The position numbers and the translations under genes were made by a program. Positions 15,647-29,053 of a stretch of DNA of 64,000 nt are shown in pieces (the stretch's first letter is position 1; each line of letters starts with the position of its first letter). Under the pieces are notes generated by a model. It worked only from the letters and a program-made list of their open reading frames with translations, was not told the origin of the DNA and searched no databases. The stretch is from the human T2T-CHM13v2.0 reference genome, Homo sapiens: NCBI RefSeq assembly GCF_009914755.1, contig NC_060925.1; one strand, 5' to 3'.

Positions 15647-15987
15647 TGTTTTAGCTTCGGCTGCTGTAACAAAATATTATAAGGTGTGCGCTTAAGCAAA
15701 CATTTGTTTCCCACAGTTCTAGGGGCTTGAAATCCAAGATCAAGTTGCCAGCATTGTTGGGTTCTTGGTGAAGGCTTTCTTCTGGTTTACAGATGGCTGT
15801 CTTCTCATATCATCACATAGAGGAGAGGGTAATTTCATACCCTTATAAGGACACTAATTCCATTCATGAGGGTCCCATCTTCATGTTTTACTTACCTCCA
15901 AAATGTCTCACTTCCAAATACCATCACATTGAAGATTAGGTTTCAACATATGAATCTGGGGGGAGAGGGGACGAAGAGTCCATAGCA
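15647..15987 (-). mobile_element. MLT1A-like solo LTR
   Basis: tg...catagca termini; near-TSD taaag / taaaa. Confidence 0.8.
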
Positions 15988-16164
15988 TAAAAAATTCTAG
16001 ATACAGAGAAGATTACAAGTAAATCAACTCTCATAATTCACCACTATTAACATTACTATATCTCTGTGTTTGCTTATATAGATACTTATATTGGTAACTT
16101 ATAAAGATATATGTGTGTGTCTACCTTTATTATGTTTATGCGATTCATACTTTCATTAATAATT

Positions 16165-16347
16165 ATAGCACAATAGTTAAAAGTACAAACTTTGGAGTCA
16201 GAGACATGGGTTCAAGTCCAGCTCCAGCATTTACAAGCTTTGTGAACTTGGGCAAATTATTTAATCTTCTGAACCTCAGTTTCTTTATCTGTTAAGTGGA
16301 GGGGATGATTACAGTACTTGCCATATAGGATGGTCATGGAATTAAAT
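16165..16347 (+). mobile_element. MIR
   Basis: tttggagtcagag..gggttcaagtcc..cttgggcaaattatttaatcttctgaacctcagtttc core. Confidence 0.85.
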
Positions 16348-17914
16348 TTCAGTTACTATTTTTTATTTCTAAAATCTACTTTTTCAAATAACCATTACTC
16401 TTTTCTTATAGGTTTTTATCATTTCATTAAAAAATTTTTATTTCCTTATTTTATGTCTCTAATTACTTTAAATATATTTGCTTTATAGGATCTTTTGGGT
16501 AGTTCTGTCTTTCCAGGTTTTTGAGGGAACACATTCTCTTTTGGATTGGGCTATTTCTCTAGTTTTTCATGGATTGTTTCTTGATGTGATTTACTTTCTT
16601 TAAATTTTTTTTCATGAGAAGATTTTAGGTCTTCTGTTTAGATGCTATGTCCTCCTGATCCGTGGTTTCAAGAGCTCACATTACTGTCATTATGGCTACT
16701 GTTCATTTTTAATTCCAGCACATCTATGTTCCTCTTCTTGTTTGCTTAACTGTGTATTTTATCCAGCATTTCTTTGGGTTCGTGTTATTATAACTGTAAG
16801 AAATCATCTCCGTCGGTAAAATTCTAGACATATCAAAATTGGGAAAAATTTTAGAGTGGACACTTAGCTTCCCAGCATCCTCCAATAATATGTAAGCACA
16901 AACTGTTTCTAGTAAAGTGCAAGTCTGGTCTTGATTCATAAACATGCTAAACTGTCAGCCTCCCTCTCCTGAATTAAAAGCATATGCATCACTCTACTAG
17001 TTAAGCAAGACATTCTCATTTGACTATGTAAGTTGCAGGGAATGAGAAGGAAGGGCTTGAAGAAGTTTATGGAGGACAGGAAAGAAAGTAGAGAACATTA
17101 GTTTTTCAGACTTTTGTAACAGTCTGAGTTCTAAGGAAATGAAGACAGGCAGTTACAATGTGCCTTTGAGCTTTAACATCTGAGGTATTTCCCCAGACTC
17201 TTCCCCAGTGAGCAATCCTAAATGGGTTGCCAAGAGAAATGATCAGGGCTATTAGAATAGCTTTGTGACAACATGGAAATTTACAAGATACTTTCACACT
17301 AGAAAATTATAATAATGTAATAAGTGTATTACATTTTTAAAGAATAAGGGGATTATTGGCCAATGGCAAGGATTTCTATAATGTAAAAGCCCCAAGAATT
17401 TTTTAATAAGTAATGTGATCCACATGTACAGATAGCTGTAACATTACAATACAATAAAGACAATTTACTTCAAAACTCTTGAATCATGAATCTAAAAATT
17501 ATAGCACAATGCAAATAAACATTCATTTCAGGTTCATTCTGAGCCTGAAATAGTTCTTAATGGTGATGTCTCATACTTCAGTTTGCAAATACACTTCATA
17601 GCTTCATTTAGAGTATACGCATTTCAGGTTGGGAGCCCTTATCTGGAACATGAAAATTACACTGAAGACCCTAGACAATAAATCCATGACATTCCAGAAA
17701 AACCTCTTAAGCAACATTAATATTACATACAATTACATAGAATTTGATTCACTTTCCAGAATGATTGGGTCATCATCTGGCTTGGTAGAAGATTTGGCTG
17801 TTATCAGGCATATTACACTTGGTTTTATTCCCTATAGGGCCTGAAGGGGAGGTCGAATAGTAACAGAATATCTTTTTTTACCACTGTGCTAAAAGACAAT
17901 TTTTCTCCCCTCCT

Positions 17915-18695
17915 GGTCTGTCAAGATTCAAATCCCAACTAACACTGGCACATTACTTAACCATTCCTCCATGACTGTTTCCTCATCTAAAAAAAGTGAA
18001 AAACATTAACTATTCCATGTGCTGTGAGGATCAAATAAGCTAAATCATAGTTGCTACTATTATTATACTATAACATTAACACTTTTATCATTTTAGGCCC
18101 TTGGGAAACAAATAAAAATAATAACGATGGTACTAAAATGTTACTTTACAAGAGACTTTCTAAAGATACATCTCTTGAGGACTTATATTGTGCCAGGCAA
18201 TTTAGAGTCCTTATATCTTGTTTTCCTAACACGACTCCAAAGTTAGCACTTTTATCCATGTTTTACAGATGCTAGAAATGTGGTTCAGATGGGTTAAATT
18301 ATTTAACTGTGACCAGCCAGCAAATTGATTTGAAAAGACCAATGCTTTTTCCACTCTTTCTACTGATGCAAGGACAATTTGACCCAAATATGAAAATGAT
18401 CCTAGACACTTCCACTTATTTTAATGAAAAGTGAGTGTCATCATAATGGAGTACGGGACATATATATAGCTAATTACTGAAAAGAGGGTTGGAAAAAGGC
18501 TCAGCTTTTCCATTGACAGGCTTTATGGCTTTTGCAAGTCATCTTACCTCTCTGGTCCTCATTTTCCACACTGGTAAAAAGAGGAACTTGGACTAGTCTA
18601 GCGCACCTAGTTAATTTTTCTGTCTCAGTTTCGTTATCTGTGAAACAAGAATATAAGTTTGCCCTCTCAGGGAAATTTTGGGGATGAAATGATTT
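17915..18695. mobile_element. Cluster of MIR fragments (+ ~17915-18050, - ~18175-18355, + ~18480-18695)
   Basis: MIR core motifs tgtttcctcatcta, ttttacagatg, ctcagtttcgttatctgtgaaa. Confidence 0.6.
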
Positions 18696-18701
18696 TGAAA
18701 G

Positions 18702-19262
18702 TATCTTCTAGTTATCTATTTCATAACAACTTGCCAAAATTAATGACTTAAAACAATAACTATTACTTCTGTTCACAGTGAATTGGGTTTTGATAAGACC
18801 GAGCTAGGCAGGTTTTGTTCAGGGTGTCTCATAGAGTTTAAGCTGGACAGTGGCTAGGGCTAGGGTCACCTTTAAAGCTTCCTTAGTTACCTGTCTGGTG
18901 CCTGAGCTGAAAAGGCTCAAACATCCAGGGACTGGAGGAGCTGGGGCTGTTTGTCTCTCTCCACATGTCATCCCTCCATGTAGGATCTCTACAAGGCAAT
19001 GTTGGGATAGCCAGAACGCACACATGGTGGTTTAAACACAAGCTGTTATTATCCCAAGAAAACTTGCGGATGATACATATCCTTTCCTAACTGAACCTCT
19101 GAAATCACACAGCATCACCTCTGTTTCATTGTATTCATTAAGGAAGTCATCAAGTACTAAGTCCTACTCAGGTTGAATAGGAGAAGGCATAGACTCCACC
19201 TCTAGACAGGAGGAGTATCCAAGAATTGCACACATCCTTTAAAAACATTCTTTAGACCACCA
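18702..19262 (-). mobile_element. MLT1G/H-like LTR
   Basis: gacttaaaacaataac...ctctgaaatcacacagcatcacctctg...tagactccacctctag. Confidence 0.65.
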
Positions 19263-20479
19263 AAACTTGCTGAAAGTGTAGGTATTGTTATTAATTTTAT
19301 GCAGATGCAGATTATTCTCTCTGGGAATTATTAACAGCAAATAGAAAACATTTCATACCCAGTGGATTCTAAGACTGCCTTCTCCAAATGTGAAATTGTC
19401 GTGTTCTTAGGAAATATCTATCAATTTTTACATTAGTCAAAGTAAAATATAACATGGATAAAAAAATTGTAAAAATACTACTAAACATGATGCTATCTCA
19501 AGCCAAATACATTTTTAAAGCTCATCTGCTTAAAAAAGATTGTTTTCCTTTTTTTTCCTGTCTGTTAAAATGGATAATAAAAAAGTGACTATACTAAGTA
19601 TATTGGGGCATTTGGTCACTTTTGAAAATGCGACTGGGATTTTGAACCATGCTTTATAATCTGGGCCTGTTAACCATGAAGCCATTCTTAGGAATAAGAA
19701 AGGTGAGAGGTATGATTTCTTCTGTAAGGGCTAGCAGGGTCTTAGAAGTGCCTCAGTCTCATTACTAATTGAAGATGAAGTTCTGCTGAGAAAGCTTCAT
19801 GGACGAATTCAGGGATTTTCAGGGAGTTATCTGTTTAGCTAAAACTGGAAGCCAGGTCAGCTGACTCTTATTTCAGTGCTCATTTAATTATTGTACAGAG
19901 TTTCTCAAGATCACTGCAAAACTTGCATGACTTTTTACTTGAGAATAAAATGCATTGAGAAGTTTAATATCTCTGTATAGTTTTGACATAATAAATGTCC
20001 TATTGTTTGAGCCCTATTAAATTCCTATTTAAATTTGCAATGGAACCAATGTATATTTTCCATAATGGCAAGTTATTTTATCTCAGAAGTAAATAAATCA
20101 ATAAATATCCCCAATTTCCTTTATTCACTGCTATAGATCCATGATCCATAAGTTTATCTAAACCCTTCTTGATTCTATTTATTTTCTTAAGCTTGTATAA
20201 ATTCTGAGAACCATCACTAACTCTAGAACTCCATAGTGTTTAATTTAAAATGAACTCTTTAAAACTACAAGGGTACCTATAAAGTTTTTAATAGCTAATC
20301 AACTCACTCAGCTTTTGTCTTTCTATAACAAAAAGGTGTTAAATTTTAAATTAGAGATTCCATATCCAGCTTGAACAATTTAAGAGTGTGATCCTATTTT
20401 TATAAGATAACATTTTTTATTCTATCTATATATTTTTCCATCCATCCATTCAAACATCCTTCCCGTATCTCCATGTATG

Positions 20480-20635
20480 TATCAGGCAATATTAACCAAA
20501 TAGATATCTATTTCCAGAGTTAAGAGAGGTGTCATTTGGAATTATTGAGAGTGATGGGTAGGCTTTTACTTTTTATTTTGTGCTTTTCCATTCTGCTTGA
20601 ATTTTCTATCCTTATGTAAGTATCACTTAAAATAA
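20480..20635 (+). mobile_element. L1ME-like 3' end fragment
   Basis: Resembles old L1ME 3' UTR (..ttttactttttattttgtgc..cttgaattttc..). Confidence 0.35.
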
Positions 20636-20668
20636 CTCAGTTAGAATTGTGTGTTACTTAACATTTTA

Positions 20669-20870
20669 AACATACATTGGGGCCTGTCAGGGGAGCAGGG
20701 GGAGGAAGAACATCAGGATAAATAACTAATGCACGTGGGGCTTAATACCTAGGTGATGGGTTTATAGGTGCAGCAAACCACCATGCACACATTTACGTAT
20801 GTAACAAACCTTCACATCCTGCACATGTAGTCCAGAACTTAAAATAAAATACATGTTAAAAAAACAAAAA
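20669..20870 (+). mobile_element. L1PA 3' UTR end (short, 5'-truncated)
   Basis: ggggcttaatacctaggtgatggg..gcagcaaaccaccatg..tgtaacaaacc..cagaacttaaaataaaa. Confidence 0.85.
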
Positions 20871-20909
20871 TGCAATATCTGTGAAGCATAATAAAGTGAA
20901 ACACACACA

Positions 20910-21045
20910 CAAACACTTTGATATACATGCTTCATATAATTTAATGCTCACTGGGACCTTGTAAAGTAATTATTATTATCCTTATTGTATGAAAAATGAA
21001 ACAGGCACTGAGAAGTAAGGTAATTTTTCCCAAATGACACACCAA
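20910..21045 (-). mobile_element. MIR
   Basis: tttaatgctcac..attattatcc..gaaacaggcactgagaag. Confidence 0.6.
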
Positions 21046-21575
21046 GAGTGGTTCCTCTCTAACCATGGGGCTTATATTCCAAGATCCCCAGCAGATGCCT
21101 GAAACTTCACATAGTACAGAATTCTATATCTACTGTGATTTTTGCCTATATGTACATACCCATTATAAAGTTCAATTTATAAATTAAGCACAGTAAGTGA
21201 TTAACAATAAATAATAGTAACAAAATAATTATAACAAAAGTCATGTGAAGGCGGTCTTTCTCTGCCCCAAAAATATCTTATTGTACTATACTCACCCTTC
21301 TCCTTGTGATGACGTGAGATGATAAAATGCCTCCCTGGTTAGATGAAATGAGGTGAATGACGCAGGTGTTGTGACATAGCATTAGGTTACTACTGGCCTT
21401 CTGATGATATGTCAAAAAGGAGGATCATCTGCTTTGGGTGATCCTGGATCATTGGGCCATGACAATGTTGATGGCTGGATGTCAGAAGCAGACAATGTCA
21501 ATGACTAATGTATACATACATTAATCAGTGTCATGTATATAGCATGTATATGCTGGACAAAGTGATGATTCATGG
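21046..21575 (-). mobile_element. MER44C/D (Tigger7-derived), partial
   Basis: Shares gatgcctgaaac, tttataaattaagcacagtaag and attgtactatactcaccc with the MER44 copies at 3132 and 11179. Confidence 0.75.
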
Positions 21576-22228
21576 TTATCTTCATTGCTACATATTAATA
21601 GGTGATTAATACCTTTTACAAAAAAATTATATTAAAGATTCATTCAGCACCTACATATGTCAAGCACTGTGCAATGCATTACAGAAACATCTTAACAATT
21701 TTCCAATGTAATTATTTGAATTCATGGCTTTTGTTTTGATTCTGTGCAATACTAAGTATTAGCAGTTGAGTATAGCAAAATAATAATGTATGCTTGTACT
21801 TATTTTTTGTTCACATTACTAATTGTTGGCTATTTTTTTTCAGTATGTGCTGTGTTAATGATCCCTATTTTAGGAGAATTAAATTCTTAGATAAAGAAAA
21901 TAAATGTCAAAGTTAGGACAATCCACTTTTTTATTGATTGTTGTTGGACATTAGAACACATTTGAACTTTAGCCAACATACCTGTAAGATTAAGCATATG
22001 GAAGACTTCAATGCTTCAACCTCTGGCACTCCTACATAATGAGTTTTCCTTCTCATGGCAATACATGGTCTAATTAGATTATGGCCAATATTTTAAGGGA
22101 ATATTGATGTCATGGCACCCTTTTCCTAAATTTAAAATGCGTATTTACATAGAAGAAAGTAAGAGATACTTGAAGTTCCTTTCTCAAAGCCCTTTGCCTA
22201 TAAATTTTGTTTGCTTGGCTTTTTCAGT

Positions 22229-22599
22229 TGCATCTCATTTCAACCTGCTAAATCAGAATACCATAGACTGCATGGCTTAAATTAAAAAAAAACATTTATT
22301 TCTCATAGTTCTGGAGGCTGTAAGTCTGAGATCAGGGTGACAGCATTGTCGGATTCTGGTGAGGACCCTCTTTTGGGTTGCAGGCAGTGATTTACCTTTG
22401 TATCTTCACATGGTGCAAAGAAAGAGGAAGACAGCACTCTGGGATCCCTTTTATAAGGGCACTAATCCCATTCATGAGGGCTCCACCTTCATGAAATAAT
22501 TACCTTCCAAAGACCCCACCTACTAAGACATCACCTTTCGGGTTAGGAATTCAACATATGAATTTTGCAGGGACACAAACGTTTATTCAAACCATAACG
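22229..22599 (-). mobile_element. MLT1A0-like solo LTR
   Basis: catttatttctcatagttctggaggctg..aagggcactaatcccattcatgagggctccacc..tcaacatatgaatttt. Confidence 0.85.
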
Positions 22600-25500
22600 T
22601 GTTCTTAAATATGAATAGAGGAGGAATAAATCTCTCCTTTGTCTAAATAAGGCAAAAGAGGTTATAATCAACTTTCTCCACAGACTCACATTTTTCTTTA
22701 GGAAACATAATAGAGTGATCAGAACATCCCACTCCTTCTTGGACAGGTCACTTGACAATACAGGAGTATGGCTATCCTACAAGTGCAAATACATTTTGTC
22801 CTCATCTTTAGCATCAGTGAATGTGACCAGCTCTGGAGCTTCAGATCATTGTGATGATTGAGGATTTCCACATTTTTGCAGAGAACTAGGAGAAACATGG
22901 ATTGCATCTGGATATTGCAGGACGTTAAATTTAATAACAAATTAAAAGCAATAAAATCCTTTGGCCAGTCTCTCTTTTGAGATCCTGTCCTGAAATTTCT
23001 ATCCGATTATGATTAAAAAAAAAGTCAAAATAGAATCTGCCCAGATAGGGTAGATCCCTACAACACACAAGTAGAAAAATGTAAAGTAAAAAAATATCCA
23101 TAAAACCCAGCACAACCCACCAAACAGCTTTTATGGAGCAAAGAAGGGGGTTTGTACTACATTGATCCAGAATATCTTGCCATGCTCATTAAACTACCCA
23201 GGTTATTTTTCATTTCTCAATTTTGTATATGTAATATATAGCAAATAATAAGTTAATCTGAGTAGCAAAAGCAGAATTGTAACTTTTCAAAACTCTGATA
23301 CTTTTTGTGAAAAGAACTAAGCAAATCATGCTGTCTTCTGCTCAACGGGGCATAGGGAATAGTGGCCCTCATCCCTCTTCATGTGCTGAAGGCTGAAATT
23401 ATTCAGTTTTTAGATCTACAAAGCTTGTCCAGCACTCAGACAGCCTGGCCCTGAAGATACATGCACTTAATAAATATTTTTGGATGGTGCTTAAAGCTCT
23501 TAAATTGCTAAATAGCAATAATCACAGACTTTGGCAGTGTGCCCTATTAGCACATCTTCAACTGTTATATAAGCAGCCCTAAACGAAAATTAGCCCACGG
23601 GACCCCTCTAAACACTCGGCTAAAAATAAACTTCATCATCTCTCATTTCAATGTTCATGAGGTCATAAGCATTTTGTACATTCCATGCACTTGTCATGTC
23701 AGTACCTTTGAGCTCAGGAAGTTGGCACCTAGAAAAATCAAATATTGAGATCCTAATGGATTCCAGAAAATAGATTTCCCTCTTCAGGCCTGAAAAACGC
23801 ATACAACTTGAAGACTACTGATTATGCAAAATCCAGGTATAAAGCAATATAGTATAAAGCATTTAGCAAAAACGTTCTCTTGCTATTTTTTTAATTACCT
23901 GCCTGACACATGCTCAAAGACAGGATGGAGACTTGTGTCCTGCAGAGGCTTCATATATATTTGTTATTATTACTATAAATGCAAGATAGAGTTCATAGCC
24001 AAAAATTAAAAAGAACCTAAGACATGCCTATCTTATAATATAGTCTTGAAATGTAAATGAAGTAAAAATAGTACAAAGGATGGTACATTATAAAGCTGAA
24101 AATGTTAGTTGCCAGTACTGTTGTTCCCTATCTGCCTGGATTATTTCTTAATGGTTCTTTTGTAATATTTTGATTTTTCAAAATATGTGGAGTTCTTTTT
24201 TTCTCAGAAGTGAGTCGTGCAACCTTCTCCAAGTAGAACATTTTAGCTTTTCTCTAATGTATAACTAACTATTCCTGAATTAAATTTCCTTTCCTTTTTT
24301 CTTAGAACATGCCCCTAGTGTTGGGACAGCTTGCAACATTAGCCTTCTCCTCTGGTCCTTAGCAACCTCTGCCAAATGCTAACCTGATCCTTTACATGAC
24401 AAATAGATATTATTGGCAAATCAGAATTCATATATTGCTCCAGGTCAGGATCAAATTCAGTGTCAATACCAAAGGCTTCCCCAAAAAAGAGTGAAAGTAC
24501 CTTACTCATTCCAAACATGTCACCTTCTTTTACTAAAATGTCCTAAGTATTAAGCACTCTCTTTTCCTTTATTAATAACCCATGATTCATCAGTTTCCAA
24601 GATTCCTTACTAAATTAATCTGAATTAAGTAAATTAGATGCCTTCATTTAACAGATCCCACAAGTCCACAGCTAGTTGGAGAAAAAGTAAAATTTCAATT
24701 TCACATTCTTATAAATATTCAGGCTCACATATTTTTATCCACTGTTCATCTTGTTAATGTCAGCCTCCATAATTTATTGACCATGTAAAAATATTTTAGC
24801 ATGGAAAGTGGAGAAAATGAGTGAGAATAAATCATTCAGTGCTCTTCCGCAATGCAGTCCGGAAGACCTTCATTTTAAATTCTGTATTCAAGCAACAGTT
24901 GAGACAAATTGGTTAGCAGTTCATTATGGGAACAATTTCAGAGCTCATTCATTTAGACTGTAAGGACTTTTCTGTGTTACTGAAGGCAGCCAACTCATAT
25001 TTGGTGGTTTCAAGAACACAATACTTGTTGATTTCTAAAAACTACAGTATATGCTTCAGTTCTTAAAATTCATCATCTAATTTCCTCTGTCTCCCTTCCA
25101 CTGGGTAAGACACATCTGTCAACACATGTGCTATTGGCCTATTATTCTTCCTCCAGTGGTTATTGAGCTTGACTCTCTATGCTGTGTCAGAGAAAAGTTG
25201 TTCTGACACATATGCAGGCACCATGGGGTAATGTAAACTATGCAAGGGTTAAAATTGGTCACCCCTCATCCCCACCCCTGTGAATCTACCTAGAGGGAAA
25301 ACTAAACATTGTTTTAAACAACATGACTCCCATAATCCTATATATTAAGAATTCACATTGTGAAAGTTAACTTTATTCATTTGTTTTCCTAACAGAACAA
25401 CATATGTTATGCTTACATTTGAAAGCAATCTCAGAAAAAGGGCCTGCATGTGAATGCAATTGGCTGGGAGTTCACATTTCCCTTTGACAAAATTGTGAGC

Positions 25501-27325
25501 AAAACACATGTTTTTCCATCTAAGTTAGAAGATGGAAAATCATGCATTATTTTTCAGGCTTTTGTGGCATGCCATTTAAAATCAATGCATATTTCTTCAT
25601 GCACATTTTCACAAATGTCAATGTTGATACATCCATCAGATCTGTTGTGTTCAATGCCTTCAGCACCTGGAGAACTTGTACTCTTGAAAATATTTTCCCC
25701 CTAACTTTTCAATTTGCTCCTGAGAATTGTAATTCCTTTTGACTAGTGATAAGTGAAAAACAGAGCCCTCTATCTTTGTTTCCTGCTGAAGGAATAGAAA
25801 TGTTTCTATATGCTTGCTTTTAATTTCATGTAGGCCAAAGAATGGCTGTTCCACTAACTGCTATACTACAATAATCTCTCCAGCTCATCTCAAAACTCAC
25901 AAAGAAAAGAGAAGCCAAGCAGCCACTAACATGTTATAGGTGACATAAGATAATCTGGTACAAGCAGAAAATTCTAAATATAGGAACTCCCGGAAGACAA
26001 ATAATTTGCAAATAAAACAGAAAATATCATTATTTTGCCAGAAGAGTACTCATTTTTTTCTTACTGTTTAGGAAAGTAAGCTTTTTCTAAATTCTAGTTT
26101 TTTTAAATAAAACTTGGCTAGAAAAAGGAAATTGTATGTCTACATTTTAGCTATACACATTCAGGAATAAGGTTACCGGGAAGCCAATCAGACATTGATT
26201 GGAAAGGAGAGAGAAAAGGACATGCCCCATGAGTAAAGTAATCTATTCAATATTAGAAAGGGCAGGATGCCAGCAGTAGATGTGTATAGAGAGTGACTTC
26301 CTTCAATTTATGAAGAAGGGGTAAAGGTAAGCAGAACATATACTGTTTGCTACAAGTACTTAGAGAGATGTATAGAGTTTATCTTTATTTCTTTCAAATA
26401 CATGATTAATTTTGAAATGAGATGGGCAGAAAAACTATCCACTAAACAGAAAATAAAGTAAGTTGGAACATTTTATGTACTTAACTCGACATCTGAGTAA
26501 TCTAAGAAGTGGCTTTTAAAATACAAGAGCAAAATTTTGTTTTGTAAGATGCTGTCAGAATCAACGTGCCTTTATTCAGCTTCTACTGCCTATCGCTTCA
26601 CCTACCTTTGGCCAAGACCAAATGTAGTACTTTTAAGTTGAATGACTTCACACATATAATATAGCAAATGACTTACTTTTTAGAGAGGTAAGTATAATCT
26701 CAAGGCTAGTATTGGGAGTAAAGTCTCTTGACATGTGAAATACGTCAAAACTTATTTTTTTTCTATACTTCAGATTAGAAGATGAATGCATTTTCTTTTA
26801 ACCACAAAATACTATGATGCATGTAAAATAGGTAAATAAGTGAAACTTTATTTTCAAATCTGTTACAACTAAAAGGAGCACCAAAAGAACTATATTTCCA
26901 TAGTGAGTAGAAATAAGTAAGTTGCATAAACATAAATATTTACTCCAATGAGCTACTCAGTCATCAGCATTTATTCCAGAGTTCTCAGAGCACAGAATTA
27001 AATAAAGTTGATGGCGAACTAGCATTTCAAATTATAAAATCAAATTAATCTTTCTTTGGGCATGAAGATGGGAACTACAATTTTCAAGAAGGAGCAAGTA
27101 TCTCTTCATAACAATTCTGAAAATGGTTCTTTTAATTTGAAAATGTGCAATAACAACAAAAAATTAATTCAAATGACTTGAATCCTTCCTAAGGAATGTG
27201 TAATATATAGTTCAACAGGAGTTAACTTACATGTAAACAATCACAATGAATTATTAGTCATGCACAGGCACACATTCAATGTGTCTATCTATAGATATTC
27301 ACTAGCATTGGCAAGGCTGTAAGCC

Positions 27326-27436
27326 TAGGGTGACTATATGTTCTAATTTTGTGCCTAGGAAAGTTTCACTGTATTATTATCCTTTTTCATTCTCAAGAGT
27401 CTCCTGGTTTGGATGATAAATTTTACAGCAACATTA
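27326..27436 (+). mobile_element. MER94 (hAT-Blackjack MITE)
   Basis: tagggtgactatatg start; cctggtttggatgataaatt near the end; 8-bp near-TSD tgtaagcc / tgtaagtc. Confidence 0.75.
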
Positions 27437-28832
27437 TGTAAGTCCCAAGTGGCTGATATGATGTCTTAGTATGAATTCTCCTATTTTCTTGTTTTCTACA
27501 TGTTGTATCTCTGGTTTGCCCATGCTAGCCTGGCTTTCTGGAATAACCACATCAATATACTCAATAAACAGAATAAAGAGCCTTATAAGTTTTTCTGTAC
27601 ATAATTACTCAAAGTTCAATCCTTCATAAGTCTTTACTTCTCTTCTATAAAGAGATCAACAGTGCATGTCTAGTGTTACTATTTCTGTTACTAATTGCTA
27701 TCACTTAAATGTATGTAACTCAAATTCTTCCAGATACGAAACTACATGCAAAGCACTCTAAGCATCCATGATTTGGGGCTGCATTCACCTGCCTGGAGAC
27801 TTTCCATCGTCTTTCAAGACGACTTTTACTCTATTTTTCCCTTCATTCATAATTGTCCCTCAACCCAGGGCATCAATAGTTATATAAACCAACAAAATTG
27901 AAATCTAAGGATAGAGTTCAAAGTTCCCCACTGAGGAAAATTTGCTGCACGGATGAGGACTTTGCTATTTACCTCTTCATGACCATGACAGATTAGTCAT
28001 ACCTGGGAGTCAAAGAAGATATTTAGAGACTGAATTGATCCCTGAACTGACACTAGGATAATGATGTTTTAGTAAAAGGAAGCTGAATTTGACATTCTCA
28101 GACCCAATTCTTGGATGCTGACTGGTTCAGGGACACTGTGTATGTTCATGGTACAATCCTGGGAGGTGTCTCTCATACAATATCAGTCAAACTTCTGTAA
28201 ACCTGTGTGTTTCAAGTTCTTCAGCAGAGTCCAAAAACCTACAGGTTGGTTAGGCCTATAATCACCATAAGGAGAGAGGCCTCCTGAGAAGATTCCAGGG
28301 GTAGAAGTGCCAGGAATCATGGTGATAAAGACAACAGCAGGAAGTGAGAGAGAGTGATAACAAATGCCATCAGCAAAGCTGAGAGCCACAGCAGTGGTTC
28401 TCAGCTGGTCATTTCTAACAGGCTCAGATGATCAGTGCTGGTCATTTCTGACAGGCTCTGAGAGCAGCAACAGCTGCTATAGAACATGATAGCCAAAGAT
28501 GAATAGATTGGAAAGTATATCAGCAATAGCAGCCAGAAATCATCAACTTTAACTAATGATGGGAAGATGGTAGGTGATGGGAGTTAAGAAGGATGGAGTT
28601 TGGAGTTAAAAATTTCTATGTAAAATCTGTATACTCTGTTGTCAATAAGGTTGGTGGGACCTATAGAAATAAAGATAACTTGGAAAATGATCAGTTGCCT
28701 ATTTCACTTACATTCCCTAGACAGACACAAGCTTTCTGACACTTCTAGTAGCAAGTAAACCATGTTCAGGGTAGCCAAGAGAGTTGTGTGTGTCTATCTC
28801 ATAATGGTTGAGCAACAATTGAAGGGCAACAG

Positions 28833-29053
28833 AACATCTGTTGGATGCCTTTCCATAATTATGTAATTTAATCCTCATGCCAACACTGCAAGTTTTGAAT
28901 TCATAAAACCCATTTTATAGATCACTAAAATGGACCTCAGAAAGACTTAAGTAATTTGCTCAAGTACACACCAACAAGTGACATAGCTAGGATGTGAACA
29001 CAGATCTGACTAATTCCAAAGCCAGTGCTCTTCCCATCAGACTCTGCTGCCTC
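28833..29053 (-). mobile_element. MIR
   Basis: atttaatcctca..cccattttatagat..aagtaatttgctcaag..ccaaagccagtgctctt..gctgcctc. Confidence 0.85.

Noticed and set aside
20140-20300. Possible CR1/L3 remnant
   Set aside because: Similarity too weak to support without a profile search
25185-25210. Short hairpin tgtgtcaga..tctgacaca (and tcttccg..cggaaga at ~24843)
   Set aside because: 7-9-bp stems are expected by chance and are too short for a pre-miRNA
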